DNA of 51,024 nucleotides from the IMG/VR virus record IMGVR_UViG_3300030098_005111; one strand, written 5' to 3'. The notes beneath the pieces were generated by a model. That model searched no databases. It was given only the letters and a program-made list of their open reading frames with translations, and was not told where the DNA came from. The first letter of the stretch is position 1. Every line of letters starts with the position of its first letter. Positions 43,264 through 50,688 of the stretch are shown piece after piece. This DNA comes from a virus. The translations under genes and the position numbers were made by a program.

Positions 43264-44793
43264 TTAAAAAGGAGTATCCTCATTTATTTCAACGTCTGGT
43301 AATTCAACTTCACCTCGTTTCATTTCAGGAATAAACCACACTCTAACCTTACGCCATTTGTCGCGAGAGTCTTTAAATCGATATTCTTTATCCGAGTTTG
43401 CTCCGTTGTTTAGCTCTTTTAATCGCTCTGTGATTTGACCACGAGTGTAATCTGTAAACCCATGCCGTCTTAAAAAATCTTGTAAAGAGCTTAATTTAAA
43501 AAAAGTTAGTCCACCATCTGTCCAAGGCTTACCTGTCAGTAACTCTTCAGGGCTGGTGGCTCTAATACGGCTAGTGCAAAAAATTTCAAGTAACTCGTTA
43601 AATAAACCCTTTTGTGTTAACTCTTCAGGCACTGAGATTCTAGTAGCACTATCTAATAAATTATCTACTAAATCTCTCCAGTCGTTCTCTTTCATGCGTA
43701 CCGGCATACGATAAGTTTGTTCCATGCAAGCACGTTGGAACTCTACCTGCATTTGTAATTGTCTAGTAGTTAGCTCCAACCTTGCTCCATCAACATCTAC
43801 AAACCATACTGGAGGTTCCGACTGAACAACAGTCAACCCTCCTAATATTGGAAATGCTTGATTGTTTCCAATACCAAACTTGCGGTTACGGCATAAGCCA
43901 CGATTACAATGACTACATAACGGCTCTTGTTTACACATGTAATAATAGTCTTTCTTATCCAACCTAGTTTGTATATCGACTATTTCTTTTGCGGGTAATG
44001 GTGGGCTTGAATAATTTTGATTATGTTCTTCTAGCTTCTCTTTCCAGTCGCTAGGGTTGGACATTTTATAGTATATCCCTATGTTCATAAGAGTTGTGTT
44101 ACGACCACCTTCAGGAATTCCAAACTCTGTTAATTGCTGTAAACATGGTGGTCCATGTGGTAATAAATTGTCGTCATTATGTATTTTAAAATCTAATAAT
44201 TGTTTTGGTGTTAGTGCAAGATTGCTTACTTGTTTAAAAAATTCCTCTAATGTGTAAGCATCACCATCTTTTTTAATGGCGTATCGAGTAGAATATTTAG
44301 CGTTAAAATAAGGTAGATTAATAAAATTACCTACGTCCCCTCGTTCTACTTTTACTTCTTCCTGTTTAGGAAAAATCTCACACCCCCCGAAACCTAATGC
44401 ACTAGCAAACTCCGCTAACTTGTCACGCATCTCGGCTGCCGATATCTTTTCTTTAACAAACAAAAAACAATGTGCGCCACCACTTTTTGATCGACACACG
44501 ACCAGCGGTAGTTTTAATCTGTCTATTTTATTTTTTAATGCAATCAGGTCTAAGTTGTAGTCGTCAATGTCTAACGCGCCGAACACACATTTATTGTATT
44601 CGTCTATGGGTATTGAACCTATACCACGCTCACCTTTTAAATGTTGTTCCACCAGGTCAACCGTTAATGCTTCACGGACAATGAAACTTTTTGCGTTCAT
44701 TTTTCCGTTTCGAGCACTATCAAGCACAGTGGTTTGCCCATGTGCTGTGGTGCACCCTGAAAATAACAAAAGAAATTTTTGTGCTAAACTCAT
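43264..44793 (-). CDS. Archaeo-eukaryotic-type primase-polymerase (prim-pol)
   Basis: 509 aa with FGALDIDDY (DxD) and CRSKSGGAHCFLF (sGGxH) AEP motifs and a Cys-rich segment CKQEPLCSHCNRGLC. Confidence 0.65.
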   Translation of the reverse strand: MSLAQKFLLLFSGCTTAHGQTTVLDSARNGKMNAKSFIVREALTVDLVEQHLKGERGIGSIPIDEYNKCVFGALDIDDYNLDLIALKNKIDRLKLPLVVCRSKSGGAHCFLFVKEKISAAEMRDKLAEFASALGFGGCEIFPKQEEVKVERGDVGNFINLPYFNAKYSTRYAIKKDGDAYTLEEFFKQVSNLALTPKQLLDFKIHNDDNLLPHGPPCLQQLTEFGIPEGGRNTTLMNIGIYYKMSNPSDWKEKLEEHNQNYSSPPLPAKEIVDIQTRLDKKDYYYMCKQEPLCSHCNRGLCRNRKFGIGNNQAFPILGGLTVVQSEPPVWFVDVDGARLELTTRQLQMQVEFQRACMEQTYRMPVRMKENDWRDLVDNLLDSATRISVPEELTQKGLFNELLEIFCTSRIRATSPEELLTGKPWTDGGLTFFKLSSLQDFLRRHGFTDYTRGQITERLKELNNGANSDKEYRFKDSRDKWRKVRVWFIPEMKRGEVELPDVEINEDTPF

Positions 44794-44799
44794 TAGAAA

Positions 44800-44835
44800 T
44801 GTCCCCCCTTGTCAAAGGAAAATAAAGGGGGGACA
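44800..44835 (-). other. 11-bp perfect-stem hairpin between the SSB-like and primase genes
   Basis: TGTCCCCCCTT (44800-44810) pairs with AAGGGGGGACA (44825-44835), and the structure ends 7 nt before the primase ATG. Confidence 0.6.
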
Positions 44836-44848
44836 AGCCCCACAATGG

Positions 44849-45610
44849 TTAGAATGGCACTTCTTGTTCAGTTCCAATCTTCTCAGGCTCATAGGCTGGG
44901 GGAGCCAGAGAGATTGAACCAGACTTCAAAGCGTCACTGAAGTCTTTTGCTTCATTAAACGTTTGTATGTCTGGCACCGTTTTCTCCATTGTGAAACTAA
45001 GCGAATACCATGTACCCTTGTCATTCTTCTCTTTGACTGTAGTAGCACGGTATACATTAGCAAAAGTTGGCATGGTTTTACCTGTTGATTTAATTTTTTG
45101 CATGGCCATCAATGAATTCCATATTCTGGATTTTTTCAAGCCAGTTTTCTTTAAATCAATTACTGCGGATTCTAACGAACCGTCTTCGTGTAAAATCTTT
45201 ACATAATGTTGAGCTGTTCTTATTAACTCATTGCCATTAGGTAACATTTCAATGTTGCTTTCATCTCGTTTTGCTTGTTTGATTAAAGGGTCTGTAGGAT
45301 TAATCTCACCCACAAATCCTCCACCATCTTGACCTCTTGGAATAAATTCCAGGTATTTCATTTGGTAATACACTGGAATGACCAATAGACCATCATCAGC
45401 CTTCCAAAACTTTTTAGTGACCGTATTAAAAATGTCCCCTGCCTTTGCATCAGGAATATAATCTGCTTCATCACTTTGCAGTTGTGGATTAAGTGGTTGT
45501 AATGCTCTTATAAAAGGCATTTGTAAGTCATCGTTAGATACCTCTTCCATGCCCGAGTTTGCGTTTTCAAGAAACGCTGTTTCTAGTTCTTTGCTGATTT
45601 GGTTTTTCAT
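44849..45610 (-). CDS. Putative ssDNA-binding / annealing protein
   Basis: 253 aa in the replication module. The acidic C-terminal tail ending EPEKIGTEQEVPF is reminiscent of SSB and T7 gp2.5 tails. No stronger motif was recognised. Confidence 0.35.
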   Translation of the reverse strand: MKNQISKELETAFLENANSGMEEVSNDDLQMPFIRALQPLNPQLQSDEADYIPDAKAGDIFNTVTKKFWKADDGLLVIPVYYQMKYLEFIPRGQDGGGFVGEINPTDPLIKQAKRDESNIEMLPNGNELIRTAQHYVKILHEDGSLESAVIDLKKTGLKKSRIWNSLMAMQKIKSTGKTMPTFANVYRATTVKEKNDKGTWYSLSFTMEKTVPDIQTFNEAKDFSDALKSGSISLAPPAYEPEKIGTEQEVPF

Positions 45611-46176
45611 ATTTTCACTCCCTTAATTACAGCAGTTGTACCTAAATATGTGTTGAACCTTTCGAGATCTATATTCTCTCCGTTTTCTACACAATCCTTT
45701 ATAAGTTTCTTTAAAGTAGGTGGTTCTATCCAGACCTTACTTGAACAGTGATAGCCATGACCCTCCAACTCTTTTTGTAACTTCATACATCTATCATCTT
45801 CTGATACCCCAAAAGATATTGATAAATCATTTTTAATGAAGTCACCTTTACCGATTGAACGTAGATATTCCAACGCTTGTTGTTTCTCTATTGGGTCGGT
45901 TGGCATTCGTGCTGAAACAAAACTTTTTAAAGATACTACTGATCCATCAGCTTCTACTTTATCCAGTCCCATAGTATTCATTTGTTCAGGTATCAAGTCA
46001 TAAAGATAAGCTGCATACTGCTTTTTCTCTTTCTTTATCTCCTCTTCCAAAGCCTCAATTTTTTTCCTCATCTTATTAGCTTCTTCAATGAGAACTGAAA
46101 GCTCTTTACCACTCTCAGCATTTACCTCTTTAAATTTTTCACTTTCCGCTTCTATCGCTTCAAATATTTCATTCAT
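45607..46176 (-). CDS. Hypothetical coiled-coil protein
   Basis: I trimmed to the ATG at 46176 (MNEIFEAIE...), which has GAGGA upstream. Confidence 0.45.
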   Translation of the reverse strand: MNEIFEAIEAESEKFKEVNAESGKELSVLIEEANKMRKKIEALEEEIKKEKKQYAAYLYDLIPEQMNTMGLDKVEADGSVVSLKSFVSARMPTDPIEKQQALEYLRSIGKGDFIKNDLSISFGVSEDDRCMKLQKELEGHGYHCSSKVWIEPPTLKKLIKDCVENGENIDLERFNTYLGTTAVIKGVKI

Positions 46177-46198
46177 AAGTAATTCCTCTTCAGGTTGG

Positions 46199-46519
46199 TT
46201 AGTCTTCAATCCCACAATTAAAATTAATCTTTACCAGGTAATACATTTTTTCAAATTTGTCCCACTTTAATAAATTAACGTGTCCATTGTTTTGATTAGA
46301 TGCAATGGTAAAAGCAATACCAATAATTGCTGGATCTCCCACAGCTAATAAATAGTCGTCATCACTAAACCCCTTTAATTTAGAGGTGATTTGTGTAATC
46401 ATTCTCATGGGGTTGAGATGCACTTGATCATTAGCAGAAGATAAAGGGATAAGTTCACCCCACTTCGTGGCAGATACCATATCTACACGGGGGTTTTCTT
46501 GTGTTACGTAAACAGTCAT
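46199..46519 (-). CDS. Hypothetical protein
   Basis: I trimmed to the ATG at 46519 (MTVYVTQENP...), which has AAGGAG upstream. Confidence 0.45.
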   Translation of the reverse strand: MTVYVTQENPRVDMVSATKWGELIPLSSANDQVHLNPMRMITQITSKLKGFSDDDYLLAVGDPAIIGIAFTIASNQNNGHVNLLKWDKFEKMYYLVKINFNCGIED

Positions 46520-46571
46520 TCCTTTCTCCTTTAACTTTCTTACCATCGAATATACCTTTTACTATTAATAT

Positions 46572-46601
46572 TTGCAACAATAAATAATCCCATGGTATTA
46601 T
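46572..46601 (+). promoter_or_regulatory. Sigma70-like promoter (TTGCAA-N18-TATTAT), probably giving a leaderless SNF2 mRNA
   Basis: The -10 element ends 7 nt before ATG 46609 and there is no SD between them. Confidence 0.4.
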
Positions 46602-46608
46602 ATCTGTC

Positions 46609-48060
46609 ATGGATAATAAAAAATATAAGTTTAAAACCACGCCTTTTGACCATCAAAAGAAAGTTCTTGAGGATTGTTGGAACCGTGTGAACTATGCTTT
46701 TTTTATGGAAATGGGTACCGGAAAGTCTAAAGTTTGTATAGATAATGCAGGTATTTTATTTGAAAAAGGCAAGATAGATACCTTCATAGTCATAGCACCT
46801 AAAGGTGTTTATCGTAACTGGCATAATCTTGAAATACCTACGCATCTTCCTGACACCATAAAAACAAAAATGATGGTGTGGAAACCATCGCCAGGTAAAA
46901 AAGAAAAAGAAAATTTAATGGGAATGATGGATAGTTTTGAGGGGTTACGAATATTTATTATGAATGTTGAAGCACTGTCCACGGCTAAAGGTGTTAAGTA
47001 TCTTGAAAAATTATTATTACACTCAAAAGCACTGTTAGCGATAGATGAATCTACAACTATAAAAAATCACAAAGCATCACGAACCAAAGCTCTAATTAAA
47101 CTTAGCCAGTACGCCATATATCGAAGAATACTAACTGGTTTTCCTGTTACACAATCGCCTATGGATTTATGGGCGCAATGTAGATTTTTAGATGAGCGTT
47201 TGCTAGGTGACTGTGGTAAAAACTTTCATCATTTTCAACATCGTTATGCCGTAACTAAAAAACGTAGCGTGGGTTCGCATTCTTTTAACATGATTGTTGG
47301 GTATAGATACCTGGATGAACTAACAAGTATTTTAAGAGGGTTTTCTTCGAGAGTTCTTAAAAAAGATTGTATGGATCTACCTGATAAAATTTATACACAA
47401 AGAAACGTGTCAATGACCGAAGAGCAACAAAGAATTTATCAAGACTTAAAAGAATATGCCGTTGCACATATTAACGATGAGGAGTTTATGACAGCAAATA
47501 ATGTTATGACTCAATTATTACGAATGCAACAAGTATTGTCCGGGCACACAAAAGCAGATGATAGCGATGAATTAATAGATATTAAAGATAATAGATTAAA
47601 TGAAATGTTATCGTGCATAGAGGAAATAGAAGGTAAAACAATTATCTGGTCAAGATTTAGATATGACGTGGTGCGAATACAAAATGCCTTGATAAAAAAA
47701 TATGGAAGTAAGTCTGTGGTTAGTTATTTTGGAGATACCAAAGATGAAGAACGGACCACGGCCATTGACCAGTTTCAAAATGGTGAAGCTAAGTTTTTTG
47801 TAGGCAACCCACAAACAGGTGGTATGGGTATTACCTTAACTGCTGCACAGAACGTCATTTACTTTGCTAATAGTTTTGATTTAGCGATTCGAACTCAATC
47901 TGAAGACAGAGCGCATCGCATAGGTCAAAAAAATCCTGTGACTTATATTGATTTTATTTGTGAGGGTACGATTGATGAACGCATCGTAAAAGCTCTTCGC
48001 AATAAAATGAATATTGCCAGCATTGTCATGGGTGAAGAATTAAAAGACTGGCTTCAATAA
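46609..48060 (+). CDS. SNF2-family helicase/ATPase
   Basis: MEMGTGKS (motif I), LAIDESTTIKN (DExx), GGMGITLTAAQNVIYF and SEDRAHRIGQK (motif VI). Confidence 0.85.
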   Translation: MDNKKYKFKTTPFDHQKKVLEDCWNRVNYAFFMEMGTGKSKVCIDNAGILFEKGKIDTFIVIAPKGVYRNWHNLEIPTHLPDTIKTKMMVWKPSPGKKEKENLMGMMDSFEGLRIFIMNVEALSTAKGVKYLEKLLLHSKALLAIDESTTIKNHKASRTKALIKLSQYAIYRRILTGFPVTQSPMDLWAQCRFLDERLLGDCGKNFHHFQHRYAVTKKRSVGSHSFNMIVGYRYLDELTSILRGFSSRVLKKDCMDLPDKIYTQRNVSMTEEQQRIYQDLKEYAVAHINDEEFMTANNVMTQLLRMQQVLSGHTKADDSDELIDIKDNRLNEMLSCIEEIEGKTIIWSRFRYDVVRIQNALIKKYGSKSVVSYFGDTKDEERTTAIDQFQNGEAKFFVGNPQTGGMGITLTAAQNVIYFANSFDLAIRTQSEDRAHRIGQKNPVTYIDFICEGTIDERIVKALRNKMNIASIVMGEELKDWLQ

Positions 48061-48075
48061 ATTAAAGGAGTAATT

Positions 48076-48246
48076 ATGCCTAATGTTCAAAAATACAAAT
48101 CTGTAGCTGTACCTGTAAATGTATGGGAAAAGTTATGGGAAATATCAAATAAAAACCACCGTAGCCCATCTAAACAAATATCTTTTTTTGTAGATGAGGA
48201 AATGGCGAAGCAGTCAAAAAAACCTGTTTCAGAAAAAGTAAAATGA
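48076..48246 (+). CDS. Hypothetical small protein (56 aa)
   Basis: Hand-translated as MPNVQKYKSVAVPVNVWEKLWEISNKNHRSPSKQISFFVDEEMAKQSKKPVSEKVK. AAAGGAG lies upstream and it has an ATGA overlap with the next ORF. Confidence 0.5.
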   Translation: MPNVQKYKSVAVPVNVWEKLWEISNKNHRSPSKQISFFVDEEMAKQSKKPVSEKVK

Positions 48247-48446
48247 ATAATTCAATTACTTTAAGTTATGAAAAATTTATGTTAGTTAAGAGAGCTATTG
48301 TTGATAGCTTGTCTGAGGATCCTCCCATAGATAATATTCAACTATTAGAGGATGCTTTAGATGTTCTTAACCAAGCACATCTTGACTCACATAAAAAAGA
48401 AGATGATTCTTATATTAATGACTGGGTAAAAAACAATATTAGTTAA
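48243..48446 (+). CDS. Hypothetical protein
   Basis: 67-aa ORF. Confidence 0.45.
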   Translation: MNNSITLSYEKFMLVKRAIVDSLSEDPPIDNIQLLEDALDVLNQAHLDSHKKEDDSYINDWVKNNIS

Positions 48447-48456
48447 GGAGATGATT

Positions 48457-48807
48457 ATGGGAGAAGTTATTGACATAACAGATGAATTAGAATTTTTAAG
48501 ATTAACAAATGATTATTCTTATTGGTTACAAGTTCCTAAAAAAATTCGAATGAAAATGTATTTAAAACACGCTCAAAATAGGGGTGAGTTTTATGAAATA
48601 ATAGATAATATAGATTCCGCTGAAATATTAAAGTATTTAGAGGATTTTAATAATGGTAAAAGTTCTGGTTATAGATTAGCTAACGCTTTGTTAAATGCTT
48701 TTGAAGAGTATTATCACGAACATTTTGATGAAAAATTAGATGATGAGAGATTTAGAAAAGGTAAATATATTTATGATGAGGAGTTAGGGCATTTTATTGA
48801 GCCTTAA
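48457..48807 (+). CDS. Hypothetical protein
   Basis: I trimmed to the ATG at 48457, which has AAGGAG 6 nt upstream. Confidence 0.45.
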   Translation: MGEVIDITDELEFLRLTNDYSYWLQVPKKIRMKMYLKHAQNRGEFYEIIDNIDSAEILKYLEDFNNGKSSGYRLANALLNAFEEYYHEHFDEKLDDERFRKGKYIYDEELGHFIEP

Positions 48808-49619
48808 ACTCCACAATATCCTTCACATTCGTCAAGTAAACTCATTTGCGCTGAATTAGATAACGTGTAGAAATCTATTTCATCTAATGGTTTACATGAC
48901 CTATGCAGAAATAAATCCCCATCAACACCGCCTAATTTTCGAATAGCTTTATCAAATTGAACGACATCTTCCCATTCTTTTTTAGGCCCATTCTTTATTT
49001 TTAACCATTCATGATTATTGTGAAAAGGGCAACATAAACAAGCTGATCGTGGTGGCTCTGGATAATTGTTCTTTTTCATCCACTCCAGGCATTGACCTCT
49101 ATATATTCTTTTTTCTATCAAAGGGTATACGTTTCTGCGCCATGGTTCGACAAAAGGCACTTTTTGTCTTTGTATTTCGTCATAAGATATGCCATACCAC
49201 AAATCAACCACATGTTCTTTAGGAAATCTTTGTCTACGCTTTAAACCTAAAATATGCTCCCTGGTGTATTTGGTTACTGGGTTTATTTTATATTCTGCTG
49301 TGCATTGTCGTTGTAACATACCCACGCTACCATCTTTTTTATTTAAAGTGAAATAAGGTAAAGCAGCACCTCTGCTTGATCTAACTCTCGTGTTAATTTG
49401 ATCTTGTCTGAGATTACCCCTCGAAACTCTCGCAACTTTAAATGGTAGTTGTTTTTCTAACCAATCTAACCAATCGTACACGGCTTTTGGTTCATACCCA
49501 GTATCAGCGAATACTGCTACATCAGGCATAGGAGTTACTTCTCCTTTAGCTGCCATTAAAGCTAAAGCTGAAGATTGAACACCTGCCCCTAAACTTAATA
49601 TTGTTGTTATTTTTTTCAT
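48804..49619 (-). CDS. PAPS-reductase-family (PP-loop ATP pyrophosphatase) protein
   Basis: ILSLGAGVQSSALA (SGGxDS-like PP-loop), CTAEYKINP, and the C-terminal Cys cluster RSACLCCPFH. Its start overlaps the methyltransferase stop (ATGA). Confidence 0.7.
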   Translation of the reverse strand: MKKITTILSLGAGVQSSALALMAAKGEVTPMPDVAVFADTGYEPKAVYDWLDWLEKQLPFKVARVSRGNLRQDQINTRVRSSRGAALPYFTLNKKDGSVGMLQRQCTAEYKINPVTKYTREHILGLKRRQRFPKEHVVDLWYGISYDEIQRQKVPFVEPWRRNVYPLIEKRIYRGQCLEWMKKNNYPEPPRSACLCCPFHNNHEWLKIKNGPKKEWEDVVQFDKAIRKLGGVDGDLFLHRSCKPLDEIDFYTLSNSAQMSLLDECEGYCGV

Positions 49620-50599
49620 TTTACTTCCATATAAGCACTAATAAATTCAGCTGCTACTTGAGGTATGATTGCGTTACCTATGCCTTTGAGCGAACCTGAG
49701 TAACTGTATTTTCTGGGATTGCCTTCTGAATCCATGACTTCGGGTACCCCATTAACCAAAGGCTGAACATCGGATTCAAGCGGAATCGGGCGGGTTTTTC
49801 CGTCTCCACATTCGACCCATTCGACTGCTCTCCAGTCAACTGAGCTGTTATGTCCAATGTATCCGTTGAGATGTGTCCGTTCCTCGTTCGACCGCCCTGG
49901 TAGCCCCCCTTGTAATCCCTCGTTGACGGAGTCGGCCATGTGTGAACGCTGTCCCTGAGGTTTGCTCCGTACTCTATTCCCGTGGTGTCGCTCTGACGTT
50001 TTCCCCTTTTGTTTAATTTGGCTGCTCCCCCTGTCCCGTCTACTGTCCTCGGTGTCGGCCATGTGTGAACGCTCTCTCTCAAATTCGAACAACCGCCTTT
50101 CTTCGCACGAGGGCTGAGTTCTTCTCGACTCCTTATTTGATTGCCTCTTGCTCCGTCCATCGTTTGTGGTGTCGGCCACGAACCATAATCGCTGCCTCCG
50201 GTGATAGGCTCCGACAGTGTATCCTGACAATACGCTCGAAGCGAATCGGTAGTCACACGCTTCAAGATCTGTTGCGACTGCATCCAGCCACCCGAACCCA
50301 ATCGCTCCAATAACCTGCTCGCCAAAGACTGTTGCAGGTCTTGACTCTCTGATGAGGCGAAACCATTGTGGCCAAAGGTTACGCTCGTCATCTGCGCCTT
50401 TTCTTTGTCCTGCTGCTGAGAAACTTTGACAGGGGCAACTTCCAGTCCAAACAGGTCGGTCTGAATCCCACCTGGCGAGTTGGAGGGCGTAAGCCCACCC
50501 TCCGATTCCTGCGAAGAAGTGACACTGTTTAAACTCTTTAAGGTCTTTTGGTTGGACATCTTCGATTGATCGATCATCTACAACTCCCTCTGGTATCAA
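49616..50599 (-). CDS. DNA (cytosine-5) methyltransferase, frame A; the start codon is problematic and the centre is suspect
   Basis: FFAGIGGW, SCPCQSFSAAG (catalytic PCQ), FGEQV, HRRQRLWFVA and GIGNAIIPQVA. The track start is TTG. The frame stays open to 50680, and the family-like NYYNENDKYASEWLRNL lies upstream with only ATT 50665 (GGAG 7 nt upstream) as a possible start. Confidence 0.7.
   Translation of the reverse strand: MIPEGVVDDRSIEDVQPKDLKEFKQCHFFAGIGGWAYALQLARWDSDRPVWTGSCPCQSFSAAGQRKGADDERNLWPQWFRLIRESRPATVFGEQVIGAIGFGWLDAVATDLEACDYRFASSVLSGYTVGAYHRRQRLWFVADTTNDGRSKRQSNKESRRTQPSCEERRLFEFERERSHMADTEDSRRDRGSSQIKQKGKTSERHHGNRVRSKPQGQRSHMADSVNEGLQGGLPGRSNEERTHLNGYIGHNSSVDWRAVEWVECGDGKTRPIPLESDVQPLVNGVPEVMDSEGNPRKYSYSGSLKGIGNAIIPQVAAEFISAYMEVK
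49678..50577 (-). CDS. Overlapping +1-frame ORF B inside the methyltransferase gene (WPTP repeats plus motif-IX-like segment)
   Basis: 299 aa with GAGGGAG-N6-ATG initiation signals. It has three WPTPxTxDGxxG...NLR(E/D)SVHT modules and RFRLNPMFSLWLMGYPKSW. Confidence 0.4.
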   Translation of the reverse strand: MIDQSKMSNQKTLKSLNSVTSSQESEGGLTPSNSPGGIQTDLFGLEVAPVKVSQQQDKEKAQMTSVTFGHNGFASSESQDLQQSLASRLLERLGSGGWMQSQQILKRVTTDSLRAYCQDTLSEPITGGSDYGSWPTPQTMDGARGNQIRSREELSPRAKKGGCSNLRESVHTWPTPRTVDGTGGAAKLNKRGKRQSDTTGIEYGANLRDSVHTWPTPSTRDYKGGYQGGRTRNGHISTDTLDITAQLTGEQSNGSNVETEKPARFRLNPMFSLWLMGYPKSWIQKAIPENTVTQVRSKA

Positions 50600-50688
50600 T
50601 TTCTCTCGGACTAGGTTACGTAACCACTCCGAAGCATATTTATCGTTTTCATTATAGTAATTAATTTTATTACTCCAAGTCTATTAAT

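Noticed and set aside
44472-45206. Plus-strand ORFs 44472..44684, 44567..44917 and 44967..45206
   Set aside because: They are antisense to the primase and SSB-like genes and have no translation signals.
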